A stretch of 64,000 nucleotides of DNA from an uncultured Chryseobacterium sp. GTDB lineage: Bacteria; Bacteroidota; Bacteroidia; Flavobacteriales; Weeksellaceae. Positions within the stretch are counted from its first letter, which is position 1; each line of letters begins with the position of its first letter. The position numbers and the translations under genes were made by a program. The notes below the pieces were generated by a model. The model was not told the origin of the DNA. It worked only from the letters and a program-made list of their open reading frames with translations, and did not search any database. Positions 19,268 through 25,706 of the stretch are shown piece after piece. The stretch is taken from assembly GCA_963526305.1 (NCBI GenBank), contig CAURNW010000007.1, positions 161,032 through 225,031 on the forward strand. Reading direction: 5' to 3'.

Positions 19268-20302
19268 TCAATCTTGAGTCTCCAGCCCTTTTCGCAGTTC
19301 GATCCTGTTCAGCTTTCCATTCGCCGTCCGTGGAATTTTATCGACAAAGATAATCTGTTTTGGCCTGTGAAAGTTTTTTTCAAAATGAATTTCGCTGATC
19401 TTTGTGAGAACGTTATCCGATTCTTTTCCTTCAATAACCGCAATCAGTTTCTGTCCAAGACTCTCATCCTCTATTCCCAGAAAAACAACCTCATTTGGAA
19501 TTTCTTTTTTTACAAGACTTTCAAGTTCTTCAGGAAATATTTTTGCTCCGCCGGAATTGATCACATGATCAATTCTTCCCAGAAACCTAAAAGTATTGAC
19601 CTTATTTATTTCAACCAGATCATTTGTCTGTAAAACATCATCATTCAGAGCGGGTGCAAAAATCTGCAGACAGCCTCTCTCATCTTTAGAAACCGAAACA
19701 TTTTCAAAAGCGGTAAAATACTTGTCATAATGAGGATAAATTTCTTTCAGAGCAATATGGGAAAGGGTCTCAGACATTCCGTATGTTTCATAGACTGTAG
19801 TTGAACCGCCGGAATTCTTCAGAGAATCATAGATTTTCAACTTGAGGGATTCTGAAACGGCAGCTCCGCCAATAATTAAATTTTTAACCAGAAAGATCCG
19901 GTCTAAAGAATTTTCAACCTGCAAAGGCGTCATCGCACAAAAACCGATTTCATCCTTTATATGTTCTATAGGCTTTAGCAATGGTTCAGAAACCGTAAGC
20001 TTCAGTTTACGTTCAAATGAACGTACGACCATCATTTTACCGGAAATATATTCGACCGGGAGGCAGACTAAAGCAGTATCACCGTTTTTGAGTCCTAAGA
20101 AATCACAGGTCATTTTCGCTGAATTGAGCATTTTGCTTTTCTCAATTTCAAATATTTTGGGCACGCCTGTGGAACCGGAGGTCTGTACCTGCACCTTTTC
20201 AGAATCCGAAAGCCATTCTTTAAGAAAAAAAATTATTTTTTTTTCAAATTCTGTTTGGGGATGTAAATTATTAATTTCGAGATTATTGAAGTTGAGCAGC
20301 AT
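19268..20302 (-). CDS. AMP-binding (adenylate-forming) enzyme, O-succinylbenzoate-CoA ligase-like
   Basis: Motifs TSGSTGVPK and YGMSET, plus a C-terminal GK. The ORF track extends to 20368, but M at 20302 (MLLNFNN) avoids overlap with the tRNA promoter. Confidence 0.75.
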   Translation of the reverse strand: MLLNFNNLEINNLHPQTEFEKKIIFFLKEWLSDSEKVQVQTSGSTGVPKIFEIEKSKMLNSAKMTCDFLGLKNGDTALVCLPVEYISGKMMVVRSFERKLKLTVSEPLLKPIEHIKDEIGFCAMTPLQVENSLDRIFLVKNLIIGGAAVSESLKLKIYDSLKNSGGSTTVYETYGMSETLSHIALKEIYPHYDKYFTAFENVSVSKDERGCLQIFAPALNDDVLQTNDLVEINKVNTFRFLGRIDHVINSGGAKIFPEELESLVKKEIPNEVVFLGIEDESLGQKLIAVIEGKESDNVLTKISEIHFEKNFHRPKQIIFVDKIPRTANGKLNRIELRKGLETQD

Positions 20303-20353
20303 ATTTCCGGCCATTGAATTGTCGTGTAAATGTAAAGAAAAATTAAAAAATGA

Positions 20354-20384
20354 TTTGCAAGTAAGCAAAAAAACTGTAAATTTG
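20354..20384 (+). promoter_or_regulatory. Bacteroidota-type promoter of tRNA-Gln copy 1
   Basis: TTTG (20354-20357), 19-nt spacer, TAAATTTG (20377-20384). The tRNA starts at 20401. Confidence 0.55.
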
Positions 20385-20400
20385 CATCACTAAATAATAC

Positions 20401-20471
20401 AGACCCATGGTGTAACGGTAGCACTCTGGTTTTTGGTACCATCAGTTGGGGTTCGAATCCCTGTGGGTCTA
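20401..20471 (+). tRNA. tRNA-Gln (anticodon UUG), copy 1
   Basis: Hand-folded cloverleaf. The 7-bp acceptor stem agaccca/tgggtct pairs fully. D-arm gtgt/gcac. Anticodon loop ttTTGgt. T-arm tgggg-ttcgaat-ccctg. No encoded CCA. Confidence 0.9.
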
Positions 20472-20479
20472 CATTTAAG

Positions 20480-20514
20480 GAGAAATGATCAGTTTGATCA
20501 TTTCTCTTTTTTTT
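20480..20514 (+). terminator. Rho-independent terminator of tRNA-Gln copy 1
   Basis: gagaaatgatc-agttt-gatcatttctc stem followed by T8. Confidence 0.75.
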
Positions 20515-20553
20515 AACATCTTCTAAATCACTGATAATCTAAAATGCAGTGAA

Positions 20554-21142
20554 TCAATACAAGCCAATAATTTTCACTGTTCCGTCAATTTCTATTCTTC
20601 GAAGGTTTACTTTTCCATCTAATCCCATTTTTTTTCATGTTTCAAAAAATAAAGTTTCTACTCCTAAATTGTTTATTTCACCATTGCTATCAATACATTT
20701 GGTTCCGTTTAAAATAGGTTCTTTTAAATCCTTTGAAGAATCTCTATATTTATCTGAAAACAAGTCTAATTGTTCCTGTGAAAATTCGTCAAAGCATCCT
20801 GGTAAGTCCCGTTAAACAAAATAACATAATGCATTCTATTTGGTGTGACCATTCCCATAAAAGCGTTATTTACATTTGCAGGATCAGAAGTAGGCTGCGC
20901 TCTTGCAAATCCTAATAATTGATCAATATCCGGAGGCGAGAGCATCGGAATACCTGTCGGAGTATGGTTGTGATATGCTCTCCTGTATATCCTGTTTTGT
21001 CACCAAAATTTACACTGTGGGCACCTCCTGTTATCGTAGCAGAAGGTGTGCCGTCTGTTTTAAACTTGACTCCTTTTTCACCACCGGCAGTAGATTGTGT
21101 TTTAAGTTCATTGATTTTTGCCTGAACTTTCAGATTTTCCAA
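20554..21142 (-). pseudogene. Orphan cassette 4: decayed JAB-like C-terminal module. It has the 2-nt insertion plus further frameshift and stop lesions, and no partner gene.
   Basis: The upstream 76-aa piece is identical to orphans 2 and 3. The downstream reading MLSPPDIDQLLGFARAQ...NFHRNN* breaks after 57 aa. Homology (..LFFET*KKMGLDGKVNLRRIEIDGTVKIIGLY*) can be followed in other frames down to 20554. Confidence 0.75.
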
Positions 21143-21288
21143 CGTTTTTTAGTTTATTAAAAGGTGTTTTTTTCTAATGCTAAATTTATATCCTGCACAA
21201 TCCTCACTATTCGTTTCTCAATTTAGAGAATTATTTTACTGTTTTGTAAAAATCAAATCTTTGGTTTCAGGAAGATAAATATTGATAT
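20809..21288. repeat. Direct repeat copy A (480 bp, identical by eye to 22118-22597)
   Basis: Base-by-base comparison of the two stretches. The block spans the conserved core of the toxin-like module, the 93-nt linker and the last ~17 codons of the upstream partner gene. Confidence 0.9.
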
Positions 21289-21820
21289 CAGTTCCATCTG
21301 GACATTTAGTACTATCAAGAATTATATCATTGGGGCGATATTCCCATGAAATTTGCGAAGTATTTATTTTTTTTAGAATAATTTTACCCCAACCAACACC
21401 ACAGTTTGTTCCGCCGTAGCTAAATGTAATGGCATTTAGACTTGGAAGAGTTCTCATACTAACAATTGTATGTTGTATCTGATTAGAATGAAAAGTCATG
21501 TTCTGAGTATTTTGGATAATTATTCCAGATAAATTCTGTACAATATATTTAATTAATAGTACATCTCTGTAAAATTCTTGATCACCTAAATCTACTAATG
21601 TATGTATTTCTTTTGTTATAAAAATTGTAATTTTTTTATCTTGAAAATCAGCTTTATAGGTGCCAACATATGGATCCAATTCATTATCTATATCTTTTAA
21701 ATATGCATTCGAAGTGGTGTTTTCCAACAAAGTGTTTAAAGGTAAAATCTGTGATTTACAGGATAATACATTCATTAAAAGAATGAAAATTACTATTGAT
21801 TTTGTATTTATTGATTTCAT
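21236..21820 (-). CDS. Partner (immunity-like) lipoprotein, paralogue 4
   Basis: 194 aa. Signal peptide plus lipobox (NVLSC|KSQ). Family motifs YGGTNCGVGWG and KCPDGTDINIYLPETKDLIFTKQ. Starts 17 nt after the orphan-3 stop. Confidence 0.8.
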   Translation of the reverse strand: MKSINTKSIVIFILLMNVLSCKSQILPLNTLLENTTSNAYLKDIDNELDPYVGTYKADFQDKKITIFITKEIHTLVDLGDQEFYRDVLLIKYIVQNLSGIIIQNTQNMTFHSNQIQHTIVSMRTLPSLNAITFSYGGTNCGVGWGKIILKKINTSQISWEYRPNDIILDSTKCPDGTDINIYLPETKDLIFTKQ

Positions 21821-21837
21821 ATTTTTATTTTAGTGTT

Positions 21838-22451
21838 TTACAAACAAGGGACAGGAATTGGATTGTTATTATTATCTAAATTTATTTTTATAATTGTTCC
21901 GGTGCTCTGTATGCGTTGAAGGTCTATCTTACCCTCTAAGCCCATATATTTAATAGTTTTAAAAAATAATTTTTCCACACCACTACTATTTAGCGGACCT
22001 CCTAAATAATTTGTGTACAATAAATTTAAAGATAACTCATCTTCTATTTCTCCATATTTCTTCACATATTTATCCAAATCATCTTGCGAAAAATTAGTCA
22101 ATGCATCCTGATAATTTCCGTTAAACAAAATAACATAATGCATTCTATTTGGTGTGACCATTCCCATAAAAGCGTTATTTACATTTGCAGGATCAGAAGT
22201 AGGCTGCGCTCTTGCAAATCCTAATAATTGATCAATATCCGGAGGCGAGAGCATCGGAATACCTGTCGGAGTATGGTTGTGATATGCTCTCCTGTATATC
22301 CTGTTTTGTCACCAAAATTTACACTGTGGGCACCTCCTGTTATCGTAGCAGAAGGTGTGCCGTCTGTTTTAAACTTGACTCCTTTTTCACCACCGGCAGT
22401 AGATTGTGTTTTAAGTTCATTGATTTTTGCCTGAACTTTCAGATTTTCCAA
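21838..22451 (-). pseudogene. Orphan cassette 3: JAB-like C-terminal module split by a 2-nt insertion
   Basis: A 76-aa piece (22221..22451) ends out of frame after GDKTGYTGE. The 138-aa piece (21838..22254) resumes at MLSPPDIDQLLGFARAQ and carries a unique variable segment plus a conserved tail (EKLFFKTIKYMGLEGKIDLQRIQSTG). Confidence 0.8.
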
Positions 22452-22597
22452 CGTTTTTTAGTTTATTAAAAGGTGTTTTTTTCTAATGCTAAATTTATAT
22501 CCTGCACAATCCTCACTATTCGTTTCTCAATTTAGAGAATTATTTTACTGTTTTGTAAAAATCAAATCTTTGGTTTCAGGAAGATAAATATTGATAT
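22118..22597. repeat. Direct repeat copy B (480 bp, identical to copy A)
   Basis: Same comparison as for copy A. The offset is exactly 1309 bp. Confidence 0.9.
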
Positions 22598-23111
22598 TTG
22601 TTCCTTGTGGGCATTTAGTATAATCAAGAATAATATCATTAGGTCGATATTCCCATGAGATTTGAGTGGAGCTAATTTTTTTTAATTCAATACCTCCAAA
22701 GCCTACACCACAATTTGTTCCACCATAATTAAACCATACGATGCCTTTACTAGGATAAGTTCCTCGACTATATATTGTGTGTAGAAGTTGATTAGGCTGA
22801 AAAATCATACTTTGTGTATCTTGAAGAATATTTCCTGCTGAATTTTTAACAATATATCTTATAGACAGTGCGTCCTGATAAATATTTAATGATTTAAAAA
22901 ATCTCATTGTTTCCTTGTTAATGAATAATTTTATTTCATTTCCTTGAAAATAAGCTTTATACTCTCCTACATAAGGACTTAATTCGTTATTTAAATCTTT
23001 TATATAAGAGCCTTGTGGAATTTCTTCAAAATCTGTATTAAGAGGATAGGTTTGTTGTGCTTTGCACGAAATTGAAATAACGAATAAAATTAAATATTTT
23101 ATATTTTTCAT
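22545..23111 (-). CDS. Partner (immunity-like) lipoprotein, paralogue 3
   Basis: 188 aa. Signal plus lipobox (VISISC|KAQ). YGGTNCGVGFG and KCPQGTNINIYLPETKDLIFTKQ. Confidence 0.8.
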   Translation of the reverse strand: MKNIKYLILFVISISCKAQQTYPLNTDFEEIPQGSYIKDLNNELSPYVGEYKAYFQGNEIKLFINKETMRFFKSLNIYQDALSIRYIVKNSAGNILQDTQSMIFQPNQLLHTIYSRGTYPSKGIVWFNYGGTNCGVGFGGIELKKISSTQISWEYRPNDIILDYTKCPQGTNINIYLPETKDLIFTKQ

Positions 23112-23130
23112 ATTTTTTCTTTTTAAGATA

Positions 23131-23723
23131 TTAAGGACAAGTCGTAGTGGTTGTTGTTCCGTCAGTATTTTTATTTATTGTTTTTATAGTTCCATCATTT
23201 TCTATTCTTTGTAAATTAACTTTACCATCTAATCCCATATCTTTAAGCGCTTTGAAAAAAAATCATTCGATTGCTTCATTACTTACATCGCCAGTAGAAG
23301 GTTTATACATATCATATCTAGTTTGATAATCTCTTCCAAAAGCATCTAAATCAGATTGTGAATATGTAGTTATAGCATCCTGATAGGTTCCGTTAAACCA
23401 AATAACATAATGCATTCCATTTGGTGCGACCATTCCCATAAAAGCGTTGTTTACATTTGCAGGATTAGAAGTAGGTTGCGCTCTTGCAAATCCTAATAAT
23501 TGATCAATATCCGGAGGCGAGAGCATCGGAATACCTGTCGGAGTATGGTTGTGATATGCTCTCCTGTATATCCTGTTTTGTCACCAAAATTTACACTGTG
23601 GGCACCTCCTGTTATCGTAGCAGAAGGTGTGCCGTCTGTTTTAAACTTGACTCCTTTTTCACCACCGGCAGTAGATTGTGTTTTAAGTTCATTGATTTTT
23701 GCCTGAACTTTCAGATTTTCCAA
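23131..23723 (-). pseudogene. Orphan cassette 2: JAB-like C-terminal module with the 2-nt insertion plus an in-frame TGA
   Basis: The 76-aa piece (23493..23723) is identical to those of orphans 3 and 4. The 87-aa piece (23263..23526) ends ..NEAIE-TGA. The same frame then continues FFFKALKDMGLDGKVNLQRIENDGTIKTINKNTDGTTTTTTCP to the TAA at 23131. Confidence 0.8.
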
Positions 23724-23866
23724 CGTTTTTTAGTTTATTAAAAGGTGTTTTTTTCTAATGCTAAATTTATATCCTGCACAACCCTCACTATTCGTTTCTC
23801 AATTTAGAGAATTATTTTACTGTTTAGTAAAAATCAAATCTTTGGTTTCAGGAAGATAAATATTAA
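23477..23866. repeat. Direct repeat copy C (305 bp perfect match to copies A and B at 23477-23781, then near-identical to ~23866)
   Basis: Base-by-base comparison. The first mismatch on the upper side is at 23782 (c vs t). Offset to copy A is 2581 bp. Confidence 0.85.
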
Positions 23867-24401
23867 TATCAGTTCCATTCGGACATTTACTACTATCAAG
23901 AATTGTATCATTTGGTTGATATTCCCAAGAGATTTGATTTGAGTTTAGTTTTTTTAAATATATACTTCCCCAGCCGACACCACAATTTGTACCTCCATAA
24001 GAAAACATTACTAAATTATGATAAGGATTAATCATTGTACTGAAAATAGTGTGTCGAATTTGATTAATATCAAAGTTCATATTTTGAGTGTCTTGGAGCA
24101 CATTTCCTGATAAATTTTTAACAATAAATTTTATAGATAAAACATCTTTATAGAATTTTTGACTTCCAAAATTTTTGAGCGTCTTTTCTTGTTTATTTAT
24201 ATAAATTATAATATTATTTCCATTGTATGTTGAAGTATATGTTCCAATATATGGGTTTAATTCATTGTTTAAGTCTTTTAAATAAGAATAATCAGGTATA
24301 TTTCTAAAATCTGTATTTAATGGATATTCTTGTGCTTTACAAGATAAAAAACTTATGAAAAGACTAAAAAGAATTATTGTTTTAATATTTATTGTTTTCA
24401 T
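23817..24401 (-). CDS. Partner (immunity-like) lipoprotein, paralogue 2
   Basis: The ORF track gives 23817..24428. The likely start is MKTINIKTIILFSLFISFLSC|KAQ at 24401. YGGTNCGVGWG and KCPNGTDINIYLPETKDLIFTKQ. Confidence 0.8.
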   Translation of the reverse strand: MKTINIKTIILFSLFISFLSCKAQEYPLNTDFRNIPDYSYLKDLNNELNPYIGTYTSTYNGNNIIIYINKQEKTLKNFGSQKFYKDVLSIKFIVKNLSGNVLQDTQNMNFDINQIRHTIFSTMINPYHNLVMFSYGGTNCGVGWGSIYLKKLNSNQISWEYQPNDTILDSSKCPNGTDINIYLPETKDLIFTKQ

Positions 24402-24415
24402 ATTGAATATTTTAA

Positions 24416-24967
24416 TTATTGTGAGCATGTTGATGAAGTTGGTTGATTGCTACTATTAAGACTTACTATTTTTACTGTGCCATCACTTTCGATTCTTTGT
24501 AAATTTACTTTACCTTCTAAACCCATATTTTTTAGTGTCTCAAAGAACAATTTTTCTAAACCGTTACTATTTAGATTTAAATGGTCACTTGAATAGAAGG
24601 GATTTAATAGAAAAAGGTCTTTGTAAGCTAGATAATTATCTGAAAATCCATCTAGCTGAACTTGTGAGAAATTCGTCAAAGCATCTTGATAATTTCCGCT
24701 AAACCAAATAACATAATGCATTCCATTTGGTGCAACCATTCCCATAAAAGCGTTATTTACATTTGCAGGATTAGAAGTAGGCTGCGCTCTTGCAAATCCT
24801 AATAATTGATCAATATCTGGAGGCGAGAGCATCGGAATACCTGTCGGAGTATGGTTGTGATCTGCTCGTGCATATCCTGTTTTGTCACCAAAATTTACAC
24901 TGTGAGCACCTCCTGTTATTGTAGCAGAAGATGTGCCGTCTGTTTTAAACTTGACTCCTTTCACCAC
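24416..24967 (-). CDS. Orphan cassette 1: 5'-truncated JAB-like C-terminal module with an intact HNH...S..D motif, no signal peptide, and probably silent
   Basis: 183-aa ORF from a GTG start. Upstream homology continues to the ATG at 25016 (MKVRKKINELKTQYTAGGE) but is out of frame because of a 2-nt deletion in an A-run (gaaaaagg to gaaagg). The C-terminal 47 aa are identical to the full-length gene. Confidence 0.6.
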   Translation of the reverse strand: MVKGVKFKTDGTSSATITGGAHSVNFGDKTGYARADHNHTPTGIPMLSPPDIDQLLGFARAQPTSNPANVNNAFMGMVAPNGMHYVIWFSGNYQDALTNFSQVQLDGFSDNYLAYKDLFLLNPFYSSDHLNLNSNGLEKLFFETLKNMGLEGKVNLQRIESDGTVKIVSLNSSNQPTSSTCSQ

Positions 24968-25119
24968 CGGCAGTATATTGTGTTTTAAGTTCGTTGATTT
25001 TTTTCCGAACTTTCATATTTTCTAATGTGTTTTCGTTTACTACAGGGTTGTTCGTTTCTAATACTAGATTTGTATTAGGACCAATTTTCACTATTCGTTT
25101 CTTGATTTAGAAAATTATT

Positions 25120-25692
25120 TTACTGTTTTGTAAAAAGCAAATCTTTGGTTTCAGGAAGGTAAATATTAATATCCGTTCCACTTGGGCATCTACTACTATC
25201 TATAATTATATCATCGGGGTGATATTCCCAAGATAATTGAGTTGTGCTTATTTTTTTTAAAATAATATCTCCCCAGCCTACGCGACAATTTGTTCCACTG
25301 TAATAGAAAATAATGGAATTTATATCAGGTCTTGGCTTAATACTAAATAATTTAATTTGAGAATTACTATTGTTTTTCGTGTCTTGAAGTACTTCTCCAG
25401 AAGAGTTTTTAACTATATATTGAATATCTAAAATATCCGAATAATAATTTTTTAAAGAACTTTTTTGTAAAACATTTTCAACTTTTGTAATATATAGTGT
25501 AATTTCTTTTCCATTAAAAGTAGCTTTGTAAATTCCTTCATATGGAGGTAATTCATTATTTAAATCTTTTTTATGTGCATTGGCTGGAATATCTTTCAAA
25601 GGTGTATTCAAAGGTATTGTCTGTGCTTTACAAGATAAAAAACTTATGAAAAAACTAAAAAGAATTATTGTTTTAATATTTATTGTTTTCAT
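25120..25692 (-). CDS. Partner (immunity-like) lipoprotein, paralogue 1 (cognate of the full-length gene)
   Basis: The ORF track gives 25120..25719. The likely start is MKTINIKTIILFSFFISFLSC|KAQ at 25692, 14 nt after the upstream stop. Family motifs SGTNCRVGWG and RCPSGTDINIYLPETKDLLFTKQ. Confidence 0.8.
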   Translation of the reverse strand: MKTINIKTIILFSFFISFLSCKAQTIPLNTPLKDIPANAHKKDLNNELPPYEGIYKATFNGKEITLYITKVENVLQKSSLKNYYSDILDIQYIVKNSSGEVLQDTKNNSNSQIKLFSIKPRPDINSIIFYYSGTNCRVGWGDIILKKISTTQLSWEYHPDDIIIDSSRCPSGTDINIYLPETKDLLFTKQ

Positions 25693-25706
25693 ATTGAATA
25701 TTTTAA

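Noticed and set aside
19181-20393. Plus-strand ORFs 19181..19633 (150 aa) and 19842..20393 (183 aa)
   Set aside because: They are antisense to the AMP-binding enzyme gene, which has clear adenylation motifs, and they have low-complexity, motif-free sequences.
20978-20983. Programmed ribosomal frameshift at the 2-nt insertion
   Set aside because: There is no slippery heptamer, no downstream pseudoknot or stem that I can see, and no rare-codon context. The restoration would need a +1/-2 event. Simple mutational silencing is more parsimonious.
23263-23265. TGA in orphan 2 as selenocysteine or read-through codon
   Set aside because: No SECIS-like hairpin follows it (the downstream sequence is a T8 run and AT-rich coding sequence), and the same cassette is already frameshifted upstream.
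20903-23741. Three identical 85-aa and three identical 68-aa plus-strand ORFs (20903..21160, 22212..22469, 23484..23741, and 20919.., 22228.., 23500..)
   Set aside because: They lie antisense to the conserved toxin-like core, which shows clear protein-level conservation on the minus strand across five copies. Their identity simply reflects the perfect DNA repeat. Their composition (Cys/Arg/Ser-rich, no motif) is typical of shadow ORFs.
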